Positions 39,619 through 50,804 are shown, counted from the stretch's first letter. The stretch is DNA of 64,000 nucleotides from Candidatus Latescibacterota bacterium (GCA_965222075.1 OZ244937.1:2976001-3040000), one strand, 5' to 3'. Translations and numbers: made by a program. The notes: generated from the sequence alone by a model not told the origin.

Positions 39619-40922
39619 CACGCATCCCACTTCGGCTGAAGCTGCTCCACCTTCTCCTGCTCCATCTCCTGCTGGCTGGCCACAAGCTGCTCGCTCAGAT
39701 CCGCATCTTCGTCCGGAGGACTCCCCTGCTCGGCCATGTCCAGGAGGCGAATCACCTGTTTGATAAAAAGCCGAACTTCGCTTAAAAGCCCCATGCGCCT
39801 CTGGACAGCGCACACTTTTTTCATCAGCGCTTCCCCGATCTGGCCCTTTGTCTCCCACCTGTAAGCCAGCTCATGGATGCGGCACAGGCACAGCCCCAGT
39901 TCGAGCAGCTCTTTGGTCTCCAAAGGCGTCCTGTGCAAATCGATCAGCACGCTGCGGTAATTCAGTCGTTTGCCTTCGCCAATGGAGCGCACCCGACTCC
40001 AGAGCGCATCGTAAGACTTAAACCCCTTTTCCGAGAGGATCACATCGGGGATAATAGACATGAAAATGTGCAGGTAGGCCGCCTGCTCGGCATTGTCGAT
40101 CAGCAGCCGGACGTTCTCATAGGACGCATTGCGGATGGATGTCGATTGGGCAATCACCGTCTCTAACTCGTCCATCAGCAGAATCAGCCCCCTGTACCCC
40201 AAATGGTGCAAAAACGCAATCAAAGACCCCATAAAACGCTTGCTGTTGGTCTTGTCCAAAGCTTCAAAAATCTGGAACGGCTTTAACTCCCGCTTGCTTA
40301 CCCGCGCCCCTTCAAACCACTGGTAGAGCACTTCGCGCCCCTCAAGCCGGTCGCCTTCGGCCTCGCCCTCTTCCAGGGGTCTGAGTTGATTGTCCGCCAG
40401 CCCCATCAGCGCGTTGGCAAAATTGAGGTCCATCCCCGGAAGCGCGCGCAGAGATTCACCCAATGACGCCAGCCGCTCCTCAAGCGGAGGGCCCTCTTTT
40501 GTCGTCAGATCGGCCTTCAAGCTTTCTGTCCAGCCGTTGACCATCTGCCGGATACCCGTGCCTTCAAAAGTCCCGCAGAGTTGCCGGGCAATGGACTGGT
40601 AGACCACCTCGAATTTGTGGATGGGCACTTCGCGGGTGAGCACCACAAAGGATACCGCGAACGCCTTTTGCAGGGAAAGGTGTCGAACAATCGACATAAA
40701 ATGCGTCTTGCCGTCGCCGTAGTCCCCGTTGATAAAACGGACCTTGGCCCCGCCCTCCGCAATATAGTTATCTAAATCCTCTTCAATAAACTTCAGCCAG
40801 TTCTGGCGGCCCACCGTGAAAAACGGCACATGCTCGATCGGCACACTGCCCTTCCGGAGGTCTTCGATAATCGCCCGGGCCTCAAAGGGCTTCAACCTTT
40901 CCAGTTCTTCTCTGTGAGTCAT
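39618..40922 (-). CDS. BrxD/DUF2791-like P-loop ATPase (paralogue 1)
   Basis: IIEDLRKGSVP..VGR, GGAKVRFINGDYGDGKTH, LLMDELE, YDALWSR. Confidence 0.85.
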   Translation of the reverse strand: MTHREELERLKPFEARAIIEDLRKGSVPIEHVPFFTVGRQNWLKFIEEDLDNYIAEGGAKVRFINGDYGDGKTHFMSIVRHLSLQKAFAVSFVVLTREVPIHKFEVVYQSIARQLCGTFEGTGIRQMVNGWTESLKADLTTKEGPPLEERLASLGESLRALPGMDLNFANALMGLADNQLRPLEEGEAEGDRLEGREVLYQWFEGARVSKRELKPFQIFEALDKTNSKRFMGSLIAFLHHLGYRGLILLMDELETVIAQSTSIRNASYENVRLLIDNAEQAAYLHIFMSIIPDVILSEKGFKSYDALWSRVRSIGEGKRLNYRSVLIDLHRTPLETKELLELGLCLCRIHELAYRWETKGQIGEALMKKVCAVQRRMGLLSEVRLFIKQVIRLLDMAEQGSPPDEDADLSEQLVASQQEMEQEKVEQLQPKWDA

Positions 40923-40942
40923 CGCTTACGCCCCTTTCGTCC

Positions 40943-41776
40943 TTATTTCTGAAAAGCAATCGTCGTAATCTGCCGCCGTTCGCCATCGCTGTCGATCAGC
41001 CAGAGGGCGCGGTTGCGTCCCGATCTGATCTGTAAGGCGTACCCATCCGAAGTGCCCCCTGTGTAGGCCTGAAAATAGCGCCAGAGGTCTACGGCGAACT
41101 GATCTAAGCTGTAGCCCCGGAACTTTCCCTTGTCCATATCCTGAAAAAAAGACTTGCTCTGAAGCGAAATCACGTATTCGAGATAAAACTGCTGCATCGG
41201 AACGGTCTCCCCCGGTTCCCCCTGCGCTTTCTTGAGAATATCCACGTAGACCTGAAAAAGCCCGTCGATAAACGCCTGCGGGTCGTAGGGACGGTCGTAA
41301 AGCTGCTGCTTCACCCTGCGAACCGCCGTGATAATACGCCTCGGGTCAACCGACTTCAACGTCTTGTTGTTGATCACGGTCTTCCGCACGGTAAAATCGA
41401 CGTTTCCCTCAATACCCTTCAAAACGGTAAACCGGGGAAAGTCGATCTTCATCGGAAGCTCGGCCTCTTTTGCCTGCGCCTTCAAATCTTTGATGAACTG
41501 GATGCGATAAAGCTCCACCTGTTCGTTGGCATAACCGCGCAGCTGATCCAGCAATGCCTTGCAGGCCTTCAGACCGGTCTCCGCTTCCACATCGCCGGCC
41601 ATCTTAGACCTGAGCAGTTCGTCGAGTTGAAAAAAATCGTTCCGGTCGGCGCACCGGATGCACTGCCGCACAAAATCGGCCATCCGCTGACGCCGGTTCA
41701 GCCGCTGTTGATAGGGCCTGAGCACCTCCGACAGCCCCTCCTGCATCTCTTCAAGAAATTCTCCATCATTTGCCAT
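40943..41776 (-). CDS. Hypothetical protein, first gene of the BrxD-like operon
   Basis: 277-aa ORF after aggaa, 20 bp upstream of the next gene. Confidence 0.7.
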   Translation of the reverse strand: MANDGEFLEEMQEGLSEVLRPYQQRLNRRQRMADFVRQCIRCADRNDFFQLDELLRSKMAGDVEAETGLKACKALLDQLRGYANEQVELYRIQFIKDLKAQAKEAELPMKIDFPRFTVLKGIEGNVDFTVRKTVINNKTLKSVDPRRIITAVRRVKQQLYDRPYDPQAFIDGLFQVYVDILKKAQGEPGETVPMQQFYLEYVISLQSKSFFQDMDKGKFRGYSLDQFAVDLWRYFQAYTGGTSDGYALQIRSGRNRALWLIDSDGERRQITTIAFQK

Positions 41777-41865
41777 TCGGGATTCCTGACGGTTTAAGGG
41801 GTGGACGGGACAACTGATATGGCACACAAAATAACACGCCCGGAATGGAAAAGCAAGGCATACGA

Positions 41866-42099
41866 TCAGTCTGGCCATCCCGGTATTTTGCAGCTGTCAA
41901 ACCCTGGCTTCACCTGTTCTGGGAACATAGGCGAAACAACAAATTTGTCCTTTTGATCAAACCGGGTCAAAATACAAAAAGGCTCCTCCGATGGGTCATC
42001 TTCTTTTGCGCAGGACAGGCAGAGACCCGGTTTGGGTATCAGATCAGGCGTAATCTCCGTGCCGTCATCATCAAAGAACCGGAGTGGATGCGCTTCCAT
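41866..42099 (-). CDS. Small Cys-containing hypothetical protein
   Basis: FFDDDGTEITPDLIPKPGLCLSC...CILTR; agaaggg upstream. Confidence 0.45.
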   Translation of the reverse strand: MEAHPLRFFDDDGTEITPDLIPKPGLCLSCAKEDDPSEEPFCILTRFDQKDKFVVSPMFPEQVKPGFDSCKIPGWPD

Positions 42100-42479
42100 T
42101 TTCTAACCCTTCTCACAATGTTCCAGAATCCAGGGCCAATCCCGCTGGATCGCCGCTTTCAGGGCCTCGACATCCGTTTTTCGTACCATCTTCTCCTCCG
42201 CCTATGTAGAAAATGCCAGCGAAAATCCACTTTCCACCTGAAAAGAAACTCCCAAATCCGGACCATAGACTCCGGATAATATAAGGAAATTCTCGCGCAT
42301 CAGAAAGTGTAATCCAGGCCCAAAATCTGGTGCCCGGATGGTGACCTTTAATCATTCTCTGCCCAACCAATACTTTCGTTCGAGTGGCCAGGAGATCAGC
42401 GCAATCCCCTTGAACCGCTCAAAGCGGCTGAAACCTTGGCGCCACCTGAAGATGGCGATCAATCAAACAGGTTCAGTTG

Positions 42480-42737
42480 ATCCAGTCCTCGACATCCACC
42501 AAAGGTCCAAGCCACATAAATCGCGCTTTTCCCTTTGATGTAACCCACCACTTGAGAAACCGCATACTTTGGGAGGACCGACACAAACATATGCACGTGA
42601 TCCCCCATCAGGTGGCCTTCCAATACCTAACTCTCCTTCTGGCGAGCCAATTCACGCAACACTTCGCCCAGATACTTACGCAAATGACCATACAACACTT
42701 TCTTCCGACATTTTGGAATCCACACCAAATGATACTT
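42480..42737 (-). mobile_element. tnpA: IS200/IS605 Y1 transposase remnant
   Basis: KYHLVWIPKCRKK..*..DHVHMFVSVLPKYAVSQVVGYIKGKS with internal stop at 42627-42629. Confidence 0.85.
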
Positions 42738-42805
42738 TAGCCCTTCAGAAAAAGAATCTGAAAAATAGGTAGTGCCTCCAGGGTGAGGTGATAAAATGGT
42801 GCTGA

Positions 42806-42989
42806 GTGGTTGAGCCACCTTTGCCTGGTTGTTGAATTTCCGGCGTCTTTCCAAGGATTATGAAGTCTTGACACGAAATAGCGAAACGCTCATTCCTGCC
42901 TGTGCCAACGGCAGACAGGTACATTGCGATGATTCACCTTTTGATCAAGAGACTCGCTCCCAAATCTGAATTTTAAAACGGCTTCTTAA
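42806..42989 (+). mobile_element. IS5-family transposase 3' remnant
   Basis: VVE..FAWLLNFRRLSKDYE...LI/YIAMIHLLIKRL, interrupted by a 25-bp palindrome at 42895-42919. Confidence 0.72.
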
Positions 42990-43000
42990 CGATTTGTCCA

Positions 43001-44203
43001 TTATATTTCCTCCAAGACGATCTCATATTTGGCAATGACGAAATTGTCAGGCTGATCATTCTGAATGTGATACAAAAAACCGTCTGCATCAGCGGCAATG
43101 CGTTGAAACCTTATTGGTATTTCCGATTGGAGAGGCATATCCGTCATTAAACATTGCCCTGTATTTACATCATACGCACTCAGGTAGTGAGAGCGCGTCC
43201 AGTTGGGTATGCCCCGGCGTACTTCTTCTGTTTGCAAAACCAACAAGAGTGAATGCTTAGCAACATACGCAATATCCACAAGAAATGTTATCGTCGAATG
43301 CTCGTTTTTCATTTTTTCAAAGGCCAATCTTGCTTTTGCTCTGTTGCTCAAATGTCGAAGTTTTGCCGCGTTTTTCTCAGCATCTTTATCAATCCACCTT
43401 GGTTTCGTAATCGGCGTTGCAACGTTGAAAACTCTGGAAACCGCATTCCTGTCGTCATATCTAACAACAATAGGGATGTTAAAGAACCAGAGATACGTTT
43501 GTGAATCGCCACTTGCGATAAATTTGGGAAATGACCACTTAAATTCCGCTAAAGGTTTGTCGAGTTTGTCACCGACGATCTCTTGATTGAATTTTCCATA
43601 ATAAGACAGTACGTTACCCAATGTATCAAATTCACAGATCAACCAGGGATAGGAGTATGATTGCCACTGCTTTTTGGGTAGTCCCACAGATTTCTGGCAG
43701 TGTAGAATGGTATGATGGAACGTGATTGCCACACGATTGCCCGAAGGTACTGACGTTTGCGTCTGGGTTCCAAAAGACCTTATGAACACGCCCGAAGTAT
43801 CAAACAGGGTTATTCTACGGGTTCCCTGGTCAAAACAAGCGACCATGTTGCCTTTGACATCCATCGTATATAAATAGCGAAATTCCCCAGGACCTTCGCC
43901 GCTTCTGCCCAAGGCGCGAATAAATCCGCCTTCCATAGAGAACATCAGAATTTGCTTCAGACTCTTGTCCATAAGATAAATTCGGTTTTCATCAACTATT
44001 ATTTTTAATATTTTTCCAATATAAGCTTCTTCTCTTTCTTTCAGGTGGATCTCGGAAACCTTCTCCATCCGTATCTGCCGGTTCTTCTTCGTATGCACGG
44101 TTGAACCTTGCAAAAGCGGTGTCTTTTCTTGAGGCATTTCCGCCTTTTGATTGCACGCAAAAAAGAAACAGAAAGCACAAAATAGAATGATTGAATTTGT
44201 CAT
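43001..44203 (-). CDS. 6-bladed beta-propeller lipoprotein
   Basis: Lipobox-like FFAC; GRSGEGPGEF motif. Confidence 0.8.
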   Translation of the reverse strand: MTNSIILFCAFCFFFACNQKAEMPQEKTPLLQGSTVHTKKNRQIRMEKVSEIHLKEREEAYIGKILKIIVDENRIYLMDKSLKQILMFSMEGGFIRALGRSGEGPGEFRYLYTMDVKGNMVACFDQGTRRITLFDTSGVFIRSFGTQTQTSVPSGNRVAITFHHTILHCQKSVGLPKKQWQSYSYPWLICEFDTLGNVLSYYGKFNQEIVGDKLDKPLAEFKWSFPKFIASGDSQTYLWFFNIPIVVRYDDRNAVSRVFNVATPITKPRWIDKDAEKNAAKLRHLSNRAKARLAFEKMKNEHSTITFLVDIAYVAKHSLLLVLQTEEVRRGIPNWTRSHYLSAYDVNTGQCLMTDMPLQSEIPIRFQRIAADADGFLYHIQNDQPDNFVIAKYEIVLEEI

Positions 44204-44319
44204 ACAAACAACCTTCTCGGAACACAATAACAAGGGAATAGAAATCGGGTTCAAGTCAGTAATTTCCGGTTACGCTCCGTTCCTCAACGCCATCTGAACT
44301 CTGCACGGCTCTCAATTAA

Positions 44320-47300
44320 TCACACTCGCTTTGCTTTGTAAAAAAGCGCGGGGAGTATCAATAATACGCCAACAGAGGAAAACCAGAGTCCACCGACAGT
44401 ACCCAAGGCAAAAGCGTGCCAGAGCGTGCCGTTTTGAAACCAGATTAAGAAGGGCAATAACCCGCCTATAGAAGTCGCGCCAGTGACCAGAATGGGACGA
44501 AGCCGACTCAGACAAACCTCGAATATTGCCGACTGGGGAAGAGGAGTTTGATTCTTCAGTGCTCTTTTTTGTAGCTGATAGAGTAAAATGATCGCGTTAT
44601 TAACAGAAATCCCTATCAAGAACACCATCGCAAAATATCCACCCTGTGTAAATACGCCGTCAAAAATGAAAAACACAAGAAAGAGCCCAATAAAAGCCAT
44701 TGGCACAGTCCAAAGAATGATAAAAGGTTGTCGAAAAGATTCATATAGTGCAGCCAAAATCATATAAATGAGGATAGCACTCAAAAAAACCGCACCCCAC
44801 AACGCCCCCTCATCATCAAAAAAATCAAATCCCCCCCTATTAAAACCATATCCCAGAGGCAAAACCATTGCGTCTCGGATTTTCCTGATAATTCGACCGC
44901 CATAGCGTCCTAGCCCTGCGTAGTCATAGGTCACCAAACGCGAGTAGGCTTGATTTCTTCTCTGAATAACGGGAAGTGTGGGGCGTTTTTCGATTTGTGC
45001 AATATCTTCTACTTTCAATACTCTTTCTGCGGCCTGTGTTTGTTTGTTCAGATCAGAAATGGTATGGACGCGATCTTCTGGGAGGTAATCTATATATACT
45101 GAAATATTCTTCTTTTGTCCCTCTATAGCAGACCGATACATTCCGTCCGGTAGGGTTAAACTGGAAATATGGCTGAACATTGCACCAACATCCTGATGCG
45201 CTTTCCACAATTGCTCTCTATCTGGTATTGCGACAACATTCCATGCAGGTTTTCTGCCAAATGATGCTTGATCTATCGAAATATTAGAGAAACGTCTGTG
45301 CTTAGAGATTTGCACAGCTAAATTTCGCGCTATTTCTTTTACCTTCAAATAATTATAACCACTCACGAAAGTGAAAAGTTTTGAGATATCAGCTCCTCTC
45401 ATATTCCGAAATCCCGGACCATACCCCTGAACTGAGCATTCTATGCCGCCAAGCGAAACAGCCACCTGCTCAAATACCTGGTGGAGCGTGATCAGTAAAT
45501 CATCTGGATCTTGCCTGCGCGCCATTTTAACCTTCAAAAGTGCTTCGTAATTATTCGCAACACGCGTTTCGTAATAAATATCTGAAGGAAATTTGTCCAA
45601 ATGGGTCTCAAATGCAGACACGACTTGTAAAAGATATTTGACCTCTGTATAACGAGGCATTTTAATTCCAACAGTTACATAACTTTCCTCTAATCTTACA
45701 CGTCCTTCCACAGATCCAACAATGGGAACATGGCGATAAAATAAATAATGGCTTCCCCCCAGCACAGTGTCAATATAAGGTCTCGCATTCAAGTACGCCT
45801 CACTTGCAAAGATCGCATCGTATAATTCAGCAAACCGCGATTTAATCATCTGTGTAGTAGATAATTCACGTCCACTCTCTGTGCTTTGAACACCAGATGC
45901 CATATTGTCTGGCAAGAGCCACATCGGTATTCCAAACAACCACACCATCGCAACCAGAGCAAATCGTCGGTAACGAATTGTTTTATTCAATAGCCACCAG
46001 TAAGCAGCTTGCCACCCACCTCGTTTTTCGGATTCGGTCTGAGCAGAAATAACCCCTTGAGGATGATTTTTTTTAGATCGCAAAATAAAGCGGTGGGTAG
46101 CGACATAAACCAGTGTAAAAGCAGACAAAGTCGAGGCTACGAGGGCGCTTGATACGACAATGGCAAAAGGTATGAGATAAAGTTTTGTTTGAGCCGACAA
46201 AATGACCAGAGGTAAAAACGCGCCAAGCGTCGTAAGCGTAGATGCGAGTATAGGCATTCTAACACTTCGAATGCCACTCTCTTCTAATGCACCAGTGTTG
46301 CGAGTCGCATGGTCTTTTTGCAACCGGTCAATAACCACAATAGCATTGTCAGCCATGATACCCAATGCAATGCCAAGCCCAATCAAAGTCACGCTGTTCA
46401 AACTGATTTTGCAAAAGAACATCACAATAAACGTCAAGCATAGAGAAAATATTAAAGAAACAAATACAATGATAACGGCTGGCACAGAACGAAACGCAAC
46501 AAGCAAAATCAAGAACAGACACCCGGCAGAAAAAACCACACTTTTAAGTAAAACCGAAATATCTTCTTTCAAATCCTGGCTTCTGTCTTGAATGACATCG
46601 ATTTTGACCTGGCGTGGTAAAGCACGTTCTTTTTTTAAATTCTCCAACTTTTTGTGAATATTGTCGGCAAGGGCTAAAATATTAGACCCCGGTTCGCGCG
46701 TGATTTCCATGACCACAAAGTCGCGCCCATTGATTCGAAAAAAAGTTTCGGGATCGTCATAATCGTATTTTATGGTCGCTATATCACCGAGCAAAACAGT
46801 CAGGTCGCCTGCTGAAATAGGCAATTTGGAAAGCGCGGAAACAGGGTGAGTATCCAAAGATTCTAATTTGACCCAGAATGTCTGGTCATTATTAGATATT
46901 TTTCCAAGATAAATTTTTCTATTAAATGCAGAGATTTGTTGATAAATCTCCCGGAGATTCAAGCCCAAAGAATTTATCATCGCTTGGGAAACTTCAATTC
47001 GCAAGACTTTCTGCGCCCCTCCAGTAATGCTAATTTCACCAACCCCATCCATACCGATAAGCTCAGGCCTTAAAATTTCTTCTGAAATTTTGCGAAGTTC
47101 ATGAAGGCTTTTTAAGCCCAATATTCTCAGACGCATAAAACCAATTTTATCGCGAAATTCTTTGGGAACATAAGGTCGAATTTTAGGAGGTTTAATCCCT
47201 TCGGGAAGTTGCTCATAGAAACGAGCCAATTTGTCTTTTAACTCCAGACGAATAAATGTCGGGTTGGCTGTTCTCAATAGCTCTATCGTCAACTGTGCAT

Positions 47301-47565
47301 AGCCAAAACCAGAACTGGAACTCACACTCTTAACGCCAGGGATGCTGACAGCGATCGCTTCAAGAGGTGCTGTTAATTGTGCCTCTATCGATTCTGGAGA
47401 AGCCCCTGTCCATGACGCAGAAAGACTCATCCGGGGATATTCTAAAGCAGGCAGCAGTTCAATAGGCAATTGCAAAACAGCGATCAGGCCAATCGAAATG
47501 ACAGCAATCGTAAACATGGCGACCGCTATGGGCCGCCTTTGTAATTTATCAGTAAATGTCATCAA
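44320..47565 (-). CDS. RND efflux permease (AcrB/AcrD/AcrF family), subunit 2
   Basis: RRPI, GIMADNAIVV, STLTT, YES..QP, RLRPILVT. Confidence 0.92.
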   Translation of the reverse strand: MMTFTDKLQRRPIAVAMFTIAVISIGLIAVLQLPIELLPALEYPRMSLSASWTGASPESIEAQLTAPLEAIAVSIPGVKSVSSSSGFGYAQLTIELLRTANPTFIRLELKDKLARFYEQLPEGIKPPKIRPYVPKEFRDKIGFMRLRILGLKSLHELRKISEEILRPELIGMDGVGEISITGGAQKVLRIEVSQAMINSLGLNLREIYQQISAFNRKIYLGKISNNDQTFWVKLESLDTHPVSALSKLPISAGDLTVLLGDIATIKYDYDDPETFFRINGRDFVVMEITREPGSNILALADNIHKKLENLKKERALPRQVKIDVIQDRSQDLKEDISVLLKSVVFSAGCLFLILLVAFRSVPAVIIVFVSLIFSLCLTFIVMFFCKISLNSVTLIGLGIALGIMADNAIVVIDRLQKDHATRNTGALEESGIRSVRMPILASTLTTLGAFLPLVILSAQTKLYLIPFAIVVSSALVASTLSAFTLVYVATHRFILRSKKNHPQGVISAQTESEKRGGWQAAYWWLLNKTIRYRRFALVAMVWLFGIPMWLLPDNMASGVQSTESGRELSTTQMIKSRFAELYDAIFASEAYLNARPYIDTVLGGSHYLFYRHVPIVGSVEGRVRLEESYVTVGIKMPRYTEVKYLLQVVSAFETHLDKFPSDIYYETRVANNYEALLKVKMARRQDPDDLLITLHQVFEQVAVSLGGIECSVQGYGPGFRNMRGADISKLFTFVSGYNYLKVKEIARNLAVQISKHRRFSNISIDQASFGRKPAWNVVAIPDREQLWKAHQDVGAMFSHISSLTLPDGMYRSAIEGQKKNISVYIDYLPEDRVHTISDLNKQTQAAERVLKVEDIAQIEKRPTLPVIQRRNQAYSRLVTYDYAGLGRYGGRIIRKIRDAMVLPLGYGFNRGGFDFFDDEGALWGAVFLSAILIYMILAALYESFRQPFIILWTVPMAFIGLFLVFFIFDGVFTQGGYFAMVFLIGISVNNAIILLYQLQKRALKNQTPLPQSAIFEVCLSRLRPILVTGATSIGGLLPFLIWFQNGTLWHAFALGTVGGLWFSSVGVLLILPALFYKAKRV

Positions 47566-50500
47566 TTTTTACGCACCACTATGCCATACAAGGCAGGCAC
47601 AGCGAATAAAATCAAAAAGGTTGACAACCCAATACCCCCAATAATCGTCCAGGCAAGCGGATGCCACAACTCAGCGCCTACCCCTTTGCTAAGCGCCATG
47701 GGAATCAATCCCAAAATCGTTGTGACCGTCGTCATAATAATAGGTCGAAGACGTTTTCGCCCGGCCTCCTGAATCGCGACCAGCAGAGTCGCTCCCTCTT
47801 TATATCGCTTATCAATAAAATCGATTTTAACAATAGAATCATTAACGACGATGCCCACCAGCACCACAATGCCAATCAGAGACATAATATTTAAAGATTG
47901 TCCTGTGATCAGGAGAGTAAAAACGACACCTGCCAGGGCAAGCGGAACTGCCGTGAGAATAACAAATGGCAGACGCAGAGACTCAAAATGGGACGCAATG
48001 ACCATAAAAACGAGAGCAACCGAAAGGGCAATAATGACGGTTAAATTATCGAACGACTCAGCGATAAAGGCATTTTGTCCCACGATTTCAACATGATATC
48101 CTTCGGGTATTTCCAGTTGGTTGAGATAAGCCTGTAAATTCTGAGAAATCTCGACGGGATCTTCTCCCCGAACGTCGGCCAAAATTGCCACAACTCTCGT
48201 GCCCTTTTCATGTCGAATTTCGGCATACCCCACGCCTTCTCTCACGCGAATAAATTCCCGCAGGGGTAGCATTGTACCAGACTGATGCGGTATTTCAGCA
48301 TTCAAGAGATCGGACAATTGCATCTGGGCATCTCGTTTTATTGTCACCTCTAAAGGTGTTTTGCTGCCAAAGGCTTCAATCTGGCTCGCCTCAACGCCGC
48401 GCAAGTACGCGCCTAAAAAATCAATGATCTGCTGTGATGTAATACCGTAGTGGGCGGTTCGGTCTCTGTCTATGTAAATGTGGTATTCGGGATTTCCAAG
48501 TTTCGGAACAATCCGAATGAAATCGAGTGAAGTCCAGGTGGTCAGTGTCTTTGCAATATTCTGTGCGATAGATTCGCATTTTTTTAAATCGGGTCCAAAG
48601 AAACGTATTTGAATCTCACTCGGAGATAACTGAAAAAGAGTTACAAAAGCGGACTGGGGTTCTTGAATTTCGATATCACAACCAGGAAATTCCCTTATGG
48701 TTTCCTGAACACGTTGAATAAACGGATCAAAAGAATAACCCTCCTTGAATCGTACTTCAATTTTTGCAGTTTCTACAGATACCTCATCGCGTTGTGTTGA
48801 CAAAACCGCATGTACAATACCCACTTGAGAAAAGACGTCTTTAACCCCCGGATGATCGAGAAATAAACCTTCTACTTTACTGGCAATATGGCGTGTGACA
48901 AGTAGATCCGTCCCCTGGGGTAGAGAAATTTTAATGGTGATGCCTCGCTGATCAACCGATGGCACAAGCTCTTTCTCAAGCCCTGAATACAGATAGGCAG
49001 AGAGTCCCAATAGGCATCCACAAATGCAGAGTACAAAGACGCGATGTTGAATCACCCACCGCAAACGCGCTTCATACCAGCGGGCAAATGCGTTAAACAC
49101 GGTCTGAAATGCGTCAAAAAGGAGATTAAAAACAAAAAAAATAGGCCGCGTAGCAAATGTTGTCAGGCCATGTAAGAATTGAAATAAACCGCGTGTTAAA
49201 TTCCGATGAAAATATCCGGGGTCTTCTGTTATGGTATCTGAGCTCGGAACATGATCTGATGATGTTTGTTCAATACCTCTGAGACGAGAAGTCAACATGG
49301 GAAGAAGGGTTAAAGACACCAAAAGGGAGATCAAAAGCACACATGTCACGGCCATTGAGAGGTCAAAAAAGAGCTCTCCTGCTAATCCTTTTACAAAAAC
49401 CATAGGGGAAAAAACGGAAACAGTGGTGAGGGTTGACGCTGTTACCGCGAGACTGATTTCACGACTTCCAGAAATTGCAGCCGACATAAGCGGCTTGCCG
49501 CTTTCCCGGTGTCTTTGAATATTTTCCAAAACGACGATAGAATTATCAACGATCAATCCCGTGCCTAACGCCAATCCACCTAAGGAAATAACGTTAAAAT
49601 TTATTTTCAGCAGGAACAGGAGGATGAATGTCGCAGTGATTGCTATCGGTATGGCGACACCAACCATCGCAGGAATTTTCCAGCCCCTTAAAAAAAGAAA
49701 AAGAACACCGAAGGCACAGCTGGCCCCTAAACACAGGGACATTAATACATTGTGAATAGCTTGCTCAATAAAAAATCCTTGATCTGAAATGACCCCTACT
49801 TTAAAGCCTGGAAATTCGCGCTGTATTTGACCCAAGATTCGATGCACTTCCCGACAGCTCAAGACGGTGTTGCTACTGCCTTCTTTTAAGATGGACAAAG
49901 CAACAACCTCTCGCCCATTCCAATTTGTAAAACCGGATCTTTCTCGATAAGATTCTAAAACTGATGCCACATTTGAAAGATAAATCACAGCTCCATTAGA
50001 TTTCCGTCCAATGATCGTTTTTTGAATATCCTCTACTGCTTGAAATTGGCCAATGGCCCGAAATGAATAACGAAAAAGTCCTTTTCGAATCGTGCCCACA
50101 GACCGCTGCGTCCAGTTGTTGCGGTCAAGTGCTTGAGCTACCTGGGGCAATGCAATCCCCATACTATTGAGGCGGTTTATGTCGACAATAACACTTATTT
50201 CGCGTTCAATACCCCCTAAAATAACCGCTTGAGCAATACCCTTTATCTGCTCCAACCTGCGTTTGGCAATAAATGTAACAAAATCTTTGAGTTCGATTAA
50301 TGCCTCAATCGCATCGGGCTGGTTCTTTGGATTTTCAAGGCGATTAGAAGTTACAACCAACGTCATAATGGGATCTGCAGCCGGATCAAACCGCAACAGA
50401 TTTGGCCTCCCTGCGGATTCCGGGAGCGCATAAGACAAATCATCGAGTTTCTCCCTCGCTTCCAAAAGCACCTGATCCATACGCGTTCCCCAATAAAACT

Positions 50501-50780
50501 CAAGCGTAACCAGGGAGATGCCTGACCTCGATACGGATTGTATGTTTCTAATTGACTTGAGTGTCGCAAACTGAGATTCGATTTGTTGCGTTATTTGGGT
50601 CTCAACTTCCTCGGGCGCAGCCCCTGGATATCTCGTTTCTATCACCAGACGAGGAATCGATATATCGGGAAGCAGTTCCACGCTTAAATGGGAAAACCCA
50701 AAAGCCCCCAAAAGGCAAAACGCGACAAAAAACATCAAAGTCGCAACGGGCCTTTTGACTGATAGTTCGGAGATATGCAT
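47562..50780 (-). CDS. RND efflux permease (AcrB/AcrD/AcrF family), subunit 1
   Basis: KRPVAT, GLIVDNSIVVLEN, FES..LP, RLRPIIMT. Confidence 0.94.
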   Translation of the reverse strand: MHISELSVKRPVATLMFFVAFCLLGAFGFSHLSVELLPDISIPRLVIETRYPGAAPEEVETQITQQIESQFATLKSIRNIQSVSRSGISLVTLEFYWGTRMDQVLLEAREKLDDLSYALPESAGRPNLLRFDPAADPIMTLVVTSNRLENPKNQPDAIEALIELKDFVTFIAKRRLEQIKGIAQAVILGGIEREISVIVDINRLNSMGIALPQVAQALDRNNWTQRSVGTIRKGLFRYSFRAIGQFQAVEDIQKTIIGRKSNGAVIYLSNVASVLESYRERSGFTNWNGREVVALSILKEGSSNTVLSCREVHRILGQIQREFPGFKVGVISDQGFFIEQAIHNVLMSLCLGASCAFGVLFLFLRGWKIPAMVGVAIPIAITATFILLFLLKINFNVISLGGLALGTGLIVDNSIVVLENIQRHRESGKPLMSAAISGSREISLAVTASTLTTVSVFSPMVFVKGLAGELFFDLSMAVTCVLLISLLVSLTLLPMLTSRLRGIEQTSSDHVPSSDTITEDPGYFHRNLTRGLFQFLHGLTTFATRPIFFVFNLLFDAFQTVFNAFARWYEARLRWVIQHRVFVLCICGCLLGLSAYLYSGLEKELVPSVDQRGITIKISLPQGTDLLVTRHIASKVEGLFLDHPGVKDVFSQVGIVHAVLSTQRDEVSVETAKIEVRFKEGYSFDPFIQRVQETIREFPGCDIEIQEPQSAFVTLFQLSPSEIQIRFFGPDLKKCESIAQNIAKTLTTWTSLDFIRIVPKLGNPEYHIYIDRDRTAHYGITSQQIIDFLGAYLRGVEASQIEAFGSKTPLEVTIKRDAQMQLSDLLNAEIPHQSGTMLPLREFIRVREGVGYAEIRHEKGTRVVAILADVRGEDPVEISQNLQAYLNQLEIPEGYHVEIVGQNAFIAESFDNLTVIIALSVALVFMVIASHFESLRLPFVILTAVPLALAGVVFTLLITGQSLNIMSLIGIVVLVGIVVNDSIVKIDFIDKRYKEGATLLVAIQEAGRKRLRPIIMTTVTTILGLIPMALSKGVGAELWHPLAWTIIGGIGLSTFLILFAVPALYGIVVRKN

Positions 50781-50804
50781 CGTCTGTCCAGAATCTCTTA
50801 AATT

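Noticed and set aside
32574-41776. Calling the operon BREX type 2 or Shango outright
   Set aside because: pglW/pglX/pglY/pglZ and a TerB-like SngA are not recognisable in the window, and the duplicated ATPase and nuclease fusion differ from both.
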